Shown piece by piece: positions 1-13,911 of a stretch of DNA of 64,000 nucleotides. This DNA comes from Octopus sinensis (lineage: Eukaryota), in NCBI RefSeq assembly GCF_006345805.1, contig NC_043007.1, forward strand, positions 30,690,001 to 30,754,000, given 5' to 3'. The notes beneath the pieces are model-generated. The model ran no database searches. It worked only from the letters and a program-made list of their open reading frames with translations, and had not been told where the DNA came from. Both the position numbers and the translations under genes were made by a program. How positions within the stretch are numbered: position 1 is the stretch's first letter; every line of letters starts with the position of its first letter.

Positions 1-269
1 ATCTAGAGAGATTTTTTTTTCTCTCGTATACCAAACTCTGTCTTCTATTTCTTGATAAAGAGCTAGAAACCGAAACGTCGTACCTTAATTATATTTAACT
101 ACGTTTATTTTAACTGCCATACTTTGACTTGACATTGAAAGGTTGACCTGAAAGTTCAATCTTAAATGACAACAACACCTTGATTTCTTAATTATTTATT
201 AAGCTGTTGCAGTTGCATAATGTAAACTAAGTCGGGCAGAGATGATTGTTTAAAATGACATGCTGATGG

Positions 270-337
270 GGAGAGACAGAGAGACAGACAGAGACAGAGA
301 CAGAGACAGACAGAGAGACAGAGACAGACAGAGAGAC

Positions 338-390
<53 letters not shown>

Positions 391-876
391 GAGAAACAGA
401 CAGACAGAAGCAATAGAAATAGAACTGATATAAAGCGAGGAAAGAAGCAGTGAGTGAAAGGGAGAGACAGAGAGAGCGAAAACAAAAAGAGAGGCAAAGA
501 GAGATAGAAAGCTGTAAAGACGGAATAAAGAGGGAGGTGCAGAGAAAAGCAGACCGAGAGATAAAGAGGGAGAGAGGGGAGAGAGAGAGATAAGAAGAGA
601 GATGCTGAGACAAGATAACAAAGAGATAGAGAGTAGAAGAGAGAGAGAGAGGGAAGAGAGACATGAGTAATGCAGAGTAAGAAAGAGATGAAGGCTGACA
701 AAGGAGGAAGGAGTAAAGGAAAACATAGAAGATTAGAGAGTGAGGGGGAGAGAGAGGGAGAGAGGGAGAAGGAGGGAGGGAGGGAGGGAGAAAGCAGGCA
801 AAGAGAAAGATCGAGAAAGAGAAATACTACGATGTACAGACAACAATGAGAAAAAGAGAAGAGAAGAGAGAGAGGG

Positions 877-908
<32 letters not shown>

Positions 909-1040
909 ATAAAAATGGAGAAAGAGAGGATGGAGAAGATGAGAGAGAGGGGGGAGAGAGAAAGAGAGAGACGAAATAAAAATGGAGAAAGAGAGGATGG
1001 AGAAGATGAGAGAGAGGACGGAGAAGATGAGAGAGAGGAA
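270..1040. repeat. (GACA)n/(GA)n purine-rich low-complexity tract; representative of dozens of (TA)n, (CA)n, (TACA)n, (GATA)n, (GGTA)n, (GGT)n and (AGC)n arrays across the window
   Basis: Direct inspection. Confidence 0.95.
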
Positions 1041-1633
1041 ATGAAGATTAAAATTCAAACGAAACTAAAACATTCAAAGAAACAAAAAAACTATATTTTT
1101 TTAAAAGCTGATGGATTAGAGAGAAAATAACAGTGTCTATCCACCCTGGGTGGCCACGGGTCGATAATGTTGGATCGGCAATAATTATAACCGTGTATAT
1201 CCACCCTGGGTGGCCAGTGGCCAATAACTGAGCATCGGCTTTAATTGTTAAGCAGGTTATTACGCTATAACATTCCGGTAGGGACATGTTTAATGGAAAT
1301 GAAGTCCATCCTCACCAGATTAACTGTTCCAACTATACACACATACATACACACATACATATACATACATACACACATACAGATATACAAACATATACAT
1401 ACATATATATATACATACATGCATACATACATACATACATACATACATACATACATACATACATACATACATACATACATACATACATACACACATACAT
1501 ACACACATACAGATATACAAACATATACATACATATACATACATACATACATATACATACATACATACATACATACATACATACATACATACATACATAC
1601 ATACATACATACATACATACATACATACATACA

Positions 1634-1665
<32 letters not shown>

Positions 1666-2410
1666 CACATACATATATACGTACGTACATATATATTGCC
1701 CTGATGCAGCTCCCGGCAATGGCTCTCATTGCTTCTGATCTTAACTGATCGGAAGTGTTATCATGTACATTGTTTTGTCTTGGTGTAAAAGATGGGCTGC
1801 AGCAAATATATATATATATATCCGGCGGACGTCTTTCAGTTTCCATAAACCAAATACACTCACAAGTCTTTGATCAGCCTGTGGGACTGAACCTGGAAAT
1901 GTGTGGTTGGCAATCAAGCTTCTTACCACACAGCCACGCCCGTGTAATGTCTTCCAGATAAATTAGATATAATCCATATTTCTGGTCAAATCACTGCGAT
2001 TTAACGGCTTCGTGATCTCTTTGGTTAATTTGGTGATTTTTCTTTGGTTGTTACCCCGCTCTGAATGGTAACCTCCTTTGGAATATAATATAACGACTAA
2101 GAATCTAAGAAAGGCTACACGTCCTGTTAATTCTCAGTTCCATCCTCAATTTTAAAGAAACCTACTCATGGTGAGCTTCTTATATGCTGATTGTTTCTCT
2201 AGAAGGCCTTTGTTGGAATTTGTTAGTCCGGCATTTCTGTGGTTATCGCCTGATCATTGGAAAATAAATACTTTCTGAATTAAAGAAAACAGGTCGAATC
2301 GTAATAAAAGCAAAAATGCAGAAGACCAACACAAAGGTAAACTATAAAACTAGGAATCTATGTGTTTGGAGGGCGGTGTTCTGATACCTAAATTCTATAG
2401 AAGAACAAGT

Positions 2411-2969
2411 ATTCTTTTCTACTCTAGGCACAAGGCCCGAAATTTGGGGGGTGGGGACCAGTCGATTAGATTGACCCCAGTATGCAAAATGATGAAAAGT
2501 CAAAGTCGACATCGGCGGAATTTGAACTCAGAACTTAAAGACAGACGAAATACCTATTTCTTTACTACCCACAGGGGGCTAAACACAGAGGGGACAAACA
2601 AGGACAGACAAACGGATTAAGTTGAATATATCGACTCCAGTGCGTAACTGGTACTTATTTAATCGACCCCGAAAGAATGAAAGGCAAAGTTGACATCGGC
2701 GGAATTTGAACTCAGAATGTAGCGGCAGACGAAATACCTATTTCTTTACTACCCACAGGGGGCTAAACACAGAGAGGACAAACAAGGACAGGCAAACGGA
2801 TTAAGTCGAATATATCGACCCCAGTGCGTAACTGGTACTTATTTAATTGACCCCGAAAGGATGAAAGGCAAAGTCGACCTCGGCGGAATTTGAACTCAGA
2901 ACGTAGCGGCAGACGAAATACCGCTAGGCATTTCGCCTGGCGTGATAACGACTCTGCCAGCTCGCCGCC
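2411..2969 (-). mobile_element. SINE family A, trimeric composite
   Basis: Head at 2969; core GTTCTGAGTTCAAATTCCGCCGAGGTCGACTTTGCCTTTCATCCTTTCGGGGTCGAT present three times (third partial); 184-bp period (2555 and 2739). Confidence 0.9.
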
Positions 2970-3633
2970 ATATAGAGGATCACGTATTTAAGAGCATCTG
3001 TGTAGGGACGATGGAAAGAGGTCAGTACTTACTAATTCCGTGAATGCATAGCTATGAGAAGTCTTCATTCTCCTTGTGTCGCTCTGCATCAGACAAGAAA
3101 TCAAAGGGTTTTGATCCTATCAGCAATCACTGTCCTGTCATTGCCCCTTATTTATATCTCTGAAGGAAGAAAAATTCGCGCAGTTGACCCTTAAAGTTTT
3201 TAAAGCCTTCGCAGAATACAGAAAGAAGTGGGTGGGTGTTACAAATCAGATTCTAGACAATTCCAAAAGCTGGCAGTTGAGTGAATGCCTGCAAAGGCAC
3301 CGAAGTTCCAGGTTGGGGGTTAAACAGAAGGGTTAAAAGGGTGTGGAAATGAAAGAAACAAATACTCAGATCAGTGGAGGGTGCTCCAGTATGGCCAGTA
3401 TGAACTGGCCATACTGGAGCGTGTAAAAGTAAATATTTACGAAATGAAGTCAAAGAATAGTGAGATTATGAAGCATCTGTTGAGGGATTTGTGAAAATAA
3501 TCTGTGGAATGATTAAATATTGAGATAGGGAAATGAAGGATTGGGGGTAGGAGGAGTGGGAGTGGAGAGTGGGAGTGGGAGATGAGAGAGGAAGGAGTTA
3601 GAGACGTAAGAAGCAGATTGGGCGTGAGATGGA

Positions 3634-3714
<81 letters not shown>

Positions 3715-3859
3715 ATGTATGTGTATGTATATGTATATGTATGTATATGTATATGTATGTATATGTATATGTATGTATATATATATATGTATATATATAT
3801 GCATGTGTATATATATATATGTATGTATGTAGCTATATATGTATGTGTGTATGTATGTA

Positions 3860-4266
3860 TGTTTTCTGTATATGCAGATTTGTATGTTTTATGCATGTAT
3901 TCTCATGCACAGAGTTGCATATCCAGACATGCTCACATATATATTTAAATGATAAACTTCTGGAAAGTTTTACAGATTTTTACATTTCCAGTGATGGATT
4001 GGATCTGAAGTCTTCGAATTAGCTTTCTCCTTTCTGGTTTGGAGAAACCTAATTTCTCAAGATTGGTATTTGGGCATCGTGTTACATATCCCAGGGCCCC
4101 AATAATTACAGCTATGAGCTGTAATCTGGATAGAGTAACTACAGATTTATCAATAGTTTATCATAGGTGTTCTCTTTTTCGCTGATCTTCAGCTTTATGT
4201 TAACATCCGCTGCTCAGCTAATTTCCACAACTGTGAACAGTTTCTTTTCTTCTTTCTCTATCCCAA
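3860..4266 (-). mobile_element. 3' fragment of an RLE-type non-LTR retrotransposon (restriction-like endonuclease C-terminus plus 3'UTR), decayed
   Basis: Minus translation WDRE..KKLFTVVEIS*AADVNIKLKISEKENTY...IIGALGYVT...[21 protein letters not shown] (stop at 3945-3947), with internal stops and frameshifts. Confidence 0.8.
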
Positions 4267-4270
4267 TCAT

Positions 4271-4318
<48 letters not shown>

Positions 4319-4352
4319 TCATGTATACAGACACTCAGTCATACCCATTGTT

Positions 4353-4398
<46 letters not shown>

Positions 4399-4433
4399 CC
4401 TCTCTCTCTCTCTCTCTGCTCTCAATCTCTCTC

Positions 4434-4469
<36 letters not shown>

Positions 4470-6356
4470 CTGCTGCTCTGTTATGTGTGTATGTTGAACA
4501 ATTACGAAGACTGCCATTCTTCTGCTTTATCCATGCATTGTATTTTTTTTTTCTTGTATATCTTTTATATCTTACTAATTCAATTTCGAAGCTACAAATA
4601 TTTTGACCATTTGACCTGATTTCACTAACGAGAGTCAATCTAAATAATGTAGATATTACTAACGGGTTTTCAGTTTTGAATAACTCTTCGAAACTCAGCG
4701 AGAAGGAGAATAGTCATAGAAAACTGCTTCGAAACCTACAGCTCTTCTACTCTTGTTTAAATTGACATTTTTTACCAATAATCATTGGAGAAGTTAGCAA
4801 TGCCAGACAATCTGTAAAGCTAGGATTTTCAAGCTGAGAAAGGGACCGACTAATACACAGTGAGACTCCCTTTGTAAGTGGAACAGTAAAAATATACAAG
4901 ACTTTGCTAAAGTCAATCTGTAACAATTCTTGTTGTCGTTGTCCAAATTTCAGCTTTTGTTTCTTTGTTAGAAAATACTTCTTTTCTTCTCGGACGGATT
5001 CTAATAAATAAATAGATAATAAGTGAAAACATAAATATATAAATCAAGTACATTTATCTGATTTTTATAGGTTGTGTACATACACAACATGCCTCCAGTC
5101 TGTCCTTCGATCACTCACAAATAATTAAATTTCAGCTTATGTGTAGATTAAACAACTCCTTTGCCAATATGGCGTGTGCAATATCTACATCCCCAGTCGG
5201 AGAGGCTGCACTACCAGGGCGAGATAATTAATAGAAAACTGAATATCTGAATACATCTACTTTTTTTGTCAACCATATTGTGTTGAAATATGCTTTGGTA
5301 TTTTTGATAAAATGTCTTATTTGCAACGTTGTCTATATGCAAAGCCATACATTTGCTGTGATATCGCAACGGAGGGCTGTGTTTGACTTCTTGTCGAATA
5401 TTAAGTCATACAGAGATATCAAGCAGTCCAGTCTTGTTGTTGTTGTTGTTGTTGGTTGTGGTGGTTATGTTGTTCTGTTGATAGAAACTCTGTTATAGTT
5501 GTGTCTTATTATTACCACCATTTTTGCTGTTGTTGTTGTTGTTGTTTTTCCCTTTCTTTCTTTTATGGCGCCAATAAATAATATTTGATCTGTTCCATTG
5601 TGATTAGAGTTGTTGTTGGTGCTGCTGATGTTGTTGATTAGTTGCTCATTGTTATTCCTCTTGTTGCTGTTGTTACTGTCCTTTTTTTTCCATTATGGTT
5701 GCCAGAGATATTATTCGATATTGTCGATAAGAACGCTGGTGTTGTAGTTGCTGTTACTCCACAGTTCTTTACTGTTCCTATGGTTCCCAGTTTTGACAGA
5801 ATCTGCAGAATATCACACAAAACGCCTGGCACCACTTTGTTATTATTCCTTTTCATTCTTAGTTCAAAGGCTTCTGAGATCGAATTTGCCTTTCATTCTT
5901 CGAGAGTTCTATAAAATAAGGAAGTACCAGCCAAATACTGGAATCTCTCTTCATTACTCCTGCCTGTTCCTAAATCTATGGGCTCGTACCGGTCCTAGAA
6001 AACTTCGGTGTATTTTCTTGCATAGTCAGGAAGGGAAAAGCAGAACCAATGACCCTTTATTTCTTCAGGGAGTCCAAGAGCGGAGGACAGAAGGGATGAA
6101 AATATTTTCAACCAAAAACCTAACATGAACGCTTACAACTACTATTTCTGCTACTACTACTACTACCACCACTACTATCTCTACTGCTACTACTACTACC
6201 ACCACTACTACTGTTACTACTACATTTAGATTGTTATATCCTTTGCTTTGTCAATTTATTTCTAAACAGCCCCCCCCCCCCGCTTCTATGTGTTTCGTTC
6301 CTATAATGTCCTCAGCGCCTTGGGACCCTGTGACCAAGAAAATGCATTATTCCTGT

Positions 6357-6640
6357 CTTTGGTGAGCTGACAGAATCATTAAAGAGTCAGTATAAATGCT
6401 TTGCAGCATTTCGTCCGGCTCTTTACATCCTGAGCGAAGTGAGACCAGTGGAGAGGCAAAAGTAGTAGACGATCGGATTAAATGCTTTGCCTTCTCTTTA
6501 CGTTCTGAGTTCAAATCCCGCCAAGGTGGATATTGCTTTTAATTGCTCCTATGTCGATAGAATAATGTACTACTCAGGTGCTGGGGTAGCTTGTAGTACT
6601 CACTTGTGAACTTGTGCTTGAGTTAAAAACCATAAGTTAT
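6357..6640 (+). mobile_element. Degenerate SINE family A copies
   Basis: gagctgacagaatc head; ttacgttctgagttcaaatcccgccaagg core. Confidence 0.6.
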
Positions 6641-7409
6641 TTACAGTTCTTTATTGTCTGAGTGCAAATTTTGGTAAGGTCAATCGCCTCTGTCATTAAT
6701 CTTCTCCATCATGATCAATAATTTTAAAATCAATCATGCACTAAAACCGTCTTATTCGAATGTAACCCACTTTCTTACACAACTAATCGATGACTGATGC
6801 CAATGCAGGAAATATTTGTAGATTTGTTAAGACGTTTAGATTAGTAAAGTTGTATTCGCATCCAGATACAGAATTCCTGTGTTTGAGCGGGCGGCTCCTC
6901 AGTTTAGCTGATCTCTGCAACAATGGACCAAGCGTGAGAGCGAATAAGTAAGGGAAGCAGTACAAAACATAAAGCGGAACCGCAAAGAATGGGGAAAAAG
7001 GCGGTCAAATTGCGATGTTCAATAAAATTTCGATAGTTTTAAAATTTCTATTGCGGTGACGAAAAAAGAATACATTGAAAGCGAACTCTACTTCGTTTTC
7101 CCTTTAATAAAGAGAAAAGGAATAAATATTATCGCTAATATTGTTTCTGAAGGCCTAGTATTTCTCAGCTTGAGATCCAGATGGGTGAGGCACCTTTGAC
7201 GGAGTGTGCGAGTAACCGGATGTAGTAATAGGGAACCAGGAGTAAAAAGCGCGAAGCATCCATCGGCCATGTCAGATAAACCTTCACTTTCAGTATGTGT
7301 GTTTTTATATAAACATGTACACGCACACACGCACTCGAACATACACACAGACGCGCGCGCTCACATATACACACCTACACACCTATGCATCTATATTCAA
7401 TATAAAGAG

Positions 7410-7716
7410 TTGTTGTTTGTTCCTTCTCGAGCCATGCCTGGCTCATAAGGGCCAGTTTCCCGGTTTTCTTGGCGTATAGCTTCCCCACCTGGACGGGACG
7501 CCGATCCGTCGCAGGTGAGCTGTAAGATGCAGGAGGAAAGAGTGAGAGAAAGTTGTGGCGAAAGAGTCAGCAGAAGTTCGCCATTACCTTCTGCCGGAGC
7601 CGCGTGGAGCTTAGGTGTTTCGCTCATAAACACACACATCGCCCAGTCTGAGATTCGAACCCGCGATCCCTCGACCGCGATTCCGCTGCTCTAACTACTA
7701 GGCCATGTGCCTCCAC
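7410..7716 (-). mobile_element. Full-length young tRNA-derived SINE (family C, tRNA-Arg-like head) with TSD
   Basis: A box TGGCCTAGTAG, B box GGTTCGAATCT, (AAC)n tail; CAATATAAAGAG repeated at 7398-7409 and 7716-7727. Confidence 0.9.
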
Positions 7717-8676
7717 AATATAAAGAGCGCTGTCATCTATTTACTGTCATCTCTTTCCCTTTTAATCGATCTATTTAGCTGCGTTGCTGACAGATTGATA
7801 GATTAGAGTAAGATATGTGGCCCTCTCCACCCTAGGGGTGGCAGGTTACATATATCTCGGCCCCTCATCGTTCATCTGGCAACATACCTCCCTGTTCGTA
7901 GTGCATGAGTCTTCTTCTTTCATAAACAGAAACATCGGCCATCTTTCACTGAATGAAGAAGATAACCTAAACAACAGCAGCAACAACAACACCACCAACA
8001 ACAGCAACAGCAACCTAACGTTAATACTCAGTCATATGTTATCATTGACCTATCTCCTGACATCGTTAGTGAAATAAGTTGAAGGCAGAGAAATGTCGCT
8101 CTTCTTTCAATGAAGTTAGACAAACTATCATGTCGGCTGCCGGGCCGCAATGTAAACAGAAACACTCTTTATCTCTCGTTTACAGCGAATACTCTGAGAA
8201 AGAGTATAGTCGGCCTTTGTTGTATAATAATATCTAATGTTTGTTGTCTACGAAGTCCATCCGGGTTGCTAGATTCCGTGAGCTTCAGTGAAAAGATAGT
8301 TTGAAGAAGAGAAAGATAGGCAGAAAGGAAAAAGAAAAAGTGTGTTAATGAGAAAGATTTTGAAAAAAATTCTCTTCAAATATTTTGAATTCATTCATAA
8401 TTAGTATACCCTACGCACACACGCACCCATAGATACACACAGACACAGACACACACCCACACCACACACACACACACACATATATATATGTGTACATAAA
8501 TATAGTTATAATTTTACATATTTGCGTATTTAAACATAAGCATACACAGACAATCAATTATATATGTGTGTGTGTGTGCGTGTATGTGTGTGGAGGTGTG
8601 TGCAGGTATTTGCGTGTGTGTGCTTTCTCGCTCGCGCTTATAGACATACTCAAATATAAATATAAATGTATATAAA

Positions 8677-8868
8677 GGCGCAGGAATGGCTGTGTGGCAA
8701 GTAGCTTGCTTCCCAACCACATGGTTCCGGGTTCAGTCCCACTGCATGGCACCTTGGGCAGTGGATTTGGTAGACGGAAACTGAAAGAAGCCCGTCGTAT
8801 GTGTGTATGTGTGTGTGTGTTTGTGTGTTTGTGTTTGTAAGTTTGTGTTTGCCCCCCCTCCCCCAACA
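8677..8868 (+). mobile_element. SINE family B 5' half (further fragments at 1823-1944 -, 9165-9270 +, 9550-9770, 12000-12225 -, 28170-28340 -)
   Basis: ggcgcaggaatggctgtgtgg..gggttcagtcccactgc..ggaaactgaaagaagcccgtcg. Confidence 0.8.
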
Positions 8869-9479
8869 ACGCTCTTCCTTCTTTTCAGCCATCGCTAGAA
8901 TCCACGAACAGGCGCGAATCACTGCAAAGCAAAGACGCACCACGTGGCAGAAGGACTACACTCAACGACGCCGATCTGGCAGACTGATGCCTGAGGGTCC
9001 CATCATGTGGTTTGTAGCAGCGGAAGTTTGAACTACAAAGGGCTTGTCCCCAGAGAGAAAGTTTCGGGTTACTTTGGGGTGCCTCCTCGAAAGTATAATA
9101 AATATACAGCAGCAAAGAAGCATACATAGATTATAAGATACGACATAAATATGGCTAGGCATGGTTGTAGGTGATGGCGTGGCTGTGTGGTAAGGAGTAT
9201 GCTTTCCAGTTCCGAGTTCAGCCCCACTGCGTGGCATTTCGGGCGTCTTCTACTATAGCCGCAGGGCCGTCAAAATGTGAAAAAAGACCGTTATATTTTC
9301 TCCTTCTTCTTCTTCTTCCCTACCAAGAATTCACATGGACCTTGATCCCACAAGAGTAAACACGAGAGACAGAGAAAGGCAGAAAGAAGGAAAATGCCAC
9401 TTGTATTTGAACACTTTACAAATATTCTTTTAAAAAAACTTTTCTTTTAATTTTTCTAAATTTAATTATTTAATTGTTA

Positions 9480-9515
9480 CAGTTGAAAAAGTCTCAATGA
9501 CTGAAACCGGTACTG
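9480..9515 (+). ncRNA. Degenerate minimal hammerhead motif
   Basis: cag-TTGAAAA-agtc(tcaat)gact-GAAA-ccgg-TA-ctg. Stems I and II pair perfectly, ACCGGT palindrome in stem III, core two transitions from CTGAAGA. Confidence 0.55.
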
Positions 9516-9619
9516 AAATGTTCTTTATAAAATTATTTTAGCATTTTCTATCTTGTTTCAGTCATCTGACTGTGAGCAAGCTGGAGCACCGCCTTGAATG
9601 TGCGTGTGTTGTGCGTGTG

Positions 9620-9652
<33 letters not shown>

Positions 9653-9766
9653 TGTGTGTGTGTGTGGTGTGTGTGTGTGTGTGTGTGGTGTGTGCGTTTG
9701 ACAACCGGTATTGATGTGTTTCCCTGTTCGGCAAAAGGGAATGATAGAATAAGTACTACGCTAGAC

Positions 9767-9802
<36 letters not shown>

Positions 9803-10411
9803 TATAATAACTACTTGGGTCGATTCGTGGCCACAGAGAGAGGGGGGTGAATATACGTTTTAATCGCATTCTCATGCATACACAATTACATGCATCGATA
9901 TAAAATATATATAAGCATACACGTATCCATACATACAACTGAAAAATATGAATACATACATAGATACACACACACAGACACACACACATATATGTCCCAA
10001 CATTTTTATACACAGACAAAAGAATAGATATTCAAATACATGCTCTGTTTTACATTCGTGGCTAACCATATCCGTATGTTAAATAATCTTATCCTTACAT
10101 TAATACATGTAGATGTATGCACCGCATACATGCATGCATAGATGTTTATAAACATACACCGTTGCATACATACACACGCATAAAACATATACACACATAT
10201 ATAGGTATACTGGCGTATGTATATATGTGTATGTATAATTTATGGGTGAAACGAGTAACGCCTGACGCCATATGGGTGGATAAATATTCTTTTATTAGAA
10301 ATTACTATTCTCATACCATGGGTTTCGTGTCAATATATATTCTAATTGTATAACTGCTAATACATCACACGAAGCCTATGGTACAGGACTACTAATTTCC
10401 ATTACAAGTAA

Positions 10412-10445
<34 letters not shown>

Positions 10446-10457
10446 GCACACACGCAC

Positions 10458-10510
<53 letters not shown>

Positions 10511-10651
10511 ACACACACACACACACATATATATAGTCAATTCAATGAACAAACATTTCAAGAAACGAACAAAACTCGAAAAGAGAAAAATATGAATGTG
10601 AGGATGTGCACAAGAATTACATTAGTTTGTCGCTCGATGAAAGGAGAGAGT

Positions 10652-10686
10652 TTTTAACGTTTCGAGCACGGCTCTTCGTCGGCAAA
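10652..10686 (-). ncRNA. Degenerate hammerhead motif, same family as 15296-15330
   Basis: Minus: tttg-CCGACGA-a-gagc(cgt)gctc-GAAA-cg-TT-aaaa; flanks 10560-10740 resemble 15200-15395. Confidence 0.55.
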
Positions 10687-10795
10687 GAGAAAGGGAAAAA
10701 GAAAAAGGAAAAGGAAAATCGCCAACAGCCCACGATGCATACAGACACACTCGCCATACACACACACAAGCTCGCCATATACGCACACACATACA

Positions 10796-10857
<62 letters not shown>

Positions 10858-11324
10858 ATCACCACATTCGACCTATAATCTTCATCTGTCTGCCGTCCTG
10901 AATGCCATCTTCCTACATTCGTCAATCCAACAGTCCCACCCGAAGACCCTTGCCGAGGTCAGTTAGAAAACGAATCCAGAACTACGTTCCACAGCCGTAC
11001 CACCCGGGAGTGTTCGTGTATGCCTGTCTATACAAATGGTTTTGTGTGGTGTCTATGGTATCTATAGTTGTGTTCTGTTTTTACTTAACTTTTACCGAAA
11101 AGACTATCAGAACAATCATTCCTTCGAATCTTTGGCAATTGCTGTACGGAAGGAGATCAAAGAGAGAACCACTCCACGTTGAAATTCTTTAATCCGTCAA
11201 TGACTGTCATTCTTGTGTATGAAATAGTACCTTGGGCAGAATGTTGAAAAGATGTCTGAGTGGAGACGTTTTATTTTTACGTAGCAGAGAAAAGACAAAT
11301 GATCTGACACCGTAGTATTTAACG

Positions 11325-11436
<112 letters not shown>

Positions 11437-11591
11437 CAGACATATATTTATCATTAATAAAATACAGAAAACTGGTATTCCTTATGCATTATCAAACATA
11501 CTCGCGTTTCGGCAAATTGTAGAGGTATATGTGTGCGTCTGTTTCCTCATGTGTACATACACATACACACACACACATACATGTGTATGTA

Positions 11592-11634
<43 letters not shown>

Positions 11635-11708
11635 AGTGTCAACATACACAAACACAGATTCACAGAGAGAGAGAGAGAGCGAAAGAGAGAGAGAGAGAGC
11701 GAAAGAGC

Positions 11709-11746
<38 letters not shown>

Positions 11747-12383
11747 GAGAGGCCTGTAATATCTGACTGAGGGGAAATATCAAATGATAAATACAATATT
11801 TGAAACGTAATTATGAAATAAACCCTTATCAAATGGCTGAAGATCAAATGGAATTCTATCGAGTGTTTTCTATACAACAGTCTTCACGCAGAAAGGTTAT
11901 GTTTCTTTGGAACCATTGACGACATCTCCGTAATGTCTCTTGGCCAGTTAGAAATAACAGCCAATTTACCTTAAATTGCACTTTTTATCTTTTATCTGTG
12001 GCTTGTTTCAGTTATTTGGCACCGGTCATGCTGGAGCACCGCCTTGAAGAGTGTTTTTAGTCGAACCAATTGACCCAGTACCCTTTTTTTCCAGAACCTG
12101 GTTCTTATTCTATTGCTCTCTCTCTCTCTCTCTCTTACCGAGCCGCTAAGTCACGTGAATGTAAACGCACCACCACCGACTGTTAAGCGATGTTAGAGGA
12201 CAAACACTGACAGAAAGACTCACCTACATGTGTATATATATATATAATATATATATATACAAAGGCGGGTTGTGGTTCCTAGTCAAAACAGTCAGCACTC
12301 GAGTATATGGATATAGTAATGGTGTAACTTATACTAATATAGTTTAATTACAATCATACTTTAAAAAAATTTTTTAAATAATG

Positions 12384-12435
12384 GCTATGACTCTTAGTTT
12401 CGTGCAAAGCTGATGTCCTACACTCATCAAGTGGC
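12384..12435 (-). ncRNA. Degenerate hammerhead motif in a PLE-like remnant (~12262-12560)
   Basis: Minus: gccac-TTGATGA-gtgtagg...tttgcac-GAAA-ct(aag)ag-TC-atagc; GUC cleavage triplet; stem I eroded. Confidence 0.45.
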
Positions 12436-12879
12436 AATACTTTGAACCTAAGTGAAACCTGGCCAAAAACGGCTGCTGCCGAGATTTTACTCGCAACATA
12501 CTTTGGAGAAGTAAAATGTATAATTTTTTATTTAAAAATAATAATTGCCATTAAGAATTAATACTACAGATAGATGGAAAGATATATAGATGGATAGATA
12601 AACAGACAGAGAGAGATAAACAGATAGATAGAGAGATAGATAAATAGAGATAGATAGATGGATGGATGGATGGATTGATAGGTAGTTGGTAGGTTGGTAG
12701 GTAGGTAGGAAGGTAGGTAGGTAGGTAGGTAGGTAGGTAGGTAGGTAGGTAGGTAGGTAGTTAGGTAGGTAGGTAGGTAGGTAGGTAGGTAGGTAGGTAG
12801 GTAGGTAGGTAGGTAGGTAGGTAGGTAGGTAGGTAGGTAGGTAGGTAGGTAGGTAGGTAGGTAGGTAGGGAGATAATTA

Positions 12880-13272
12880 GGCGCAGGGTTCATTCCCACT
12901 ATGTGACACACTGGGTAAGTGTCTACTGCTATAGCCTCAGGCCAACCAAAACTTTGTGAATCAATCGATTTGGTAGACGGAAATTAAAAGAATCCCGCAG
13001 TATATGTGTGTGTGTGTATGTATGTATGTATGTATGTATGTATGTGGAGGGAAGTCCTTTCTGTTTGTGTTTGTCCCCTACTAGGCTACACAGCCAGTGT
13101 TGGTGTGTTTGCCTTCTCGTAACCTAGCGGTTCGTCTAACGTGACCAAGAAAATAAATACCAGGCTTAAAAGAAGAAGTACTGGTGTCGAATCATTCGAC
13201 TTAACAGTCAAGGCGGTACCCCAGCATGACCGCAGTTTAATGACTCAGACATGTAAATAATAAAAGATAAAA
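12880..13272 (+). mobile_element. SINE family B with a deletion in the head
   Basis: Colinear with 19325-19722 from the B box onward. Confidence 0.8.
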
Positions 13273-13687
13273 TATATACATATATAAATATGTGTATGTC
13301 TGTGTTTGTCTGTGTGTGTACGTGTATGTTATTTATTGTTTTTGCTTTCGTTTTTGGGTCATAGATCAAATTTTCTATGGAATTCTCGTTAAAGCAACGG
13401 AGATTTGATTTGCTGCGGTTGTACCAATTTTTAGCTGAGGTTTTAGCTGTGTACAACGATGTACTTATATATAATTACATACACATATATATATATATAT
13501 ATGTATATATATACATATATATACATATATATATGTGTGTGTGTATGTGTTTGTATATATATATATATATGCGTGTGTGCGTGTGTAAGTATATATATAC
13601 ATACACATGCACATATATATATATACATGGGTATATAGATGTTTGTACATATGCATATAATTATTATTTATATATATATATATATAC

Positions 13688-13740
<53 letters not shown>

Positions 13741-13866
13741 ATATTATATATATATATATAATTTTAATCCAAACGGGAAACAAAAAAACAACAACAATGG
13801 AACAATTACAGTATTATTATTAATAGGCGCTCAGATACATATACATATACACATACATAGGTATAC

Positions 13867-13911
<45 letters not shown>

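Noticed and set aside
48-85. Hammerhead-like TTGATAA...CGAAACGTC
   Set aside because: Stems I and II do not pair convincingly; at most a very old relic.
7640-7716. tRNA-Arg gene
   Set aside because: Head of a SINE with body, tail and TSD; no proper acceptor stem.
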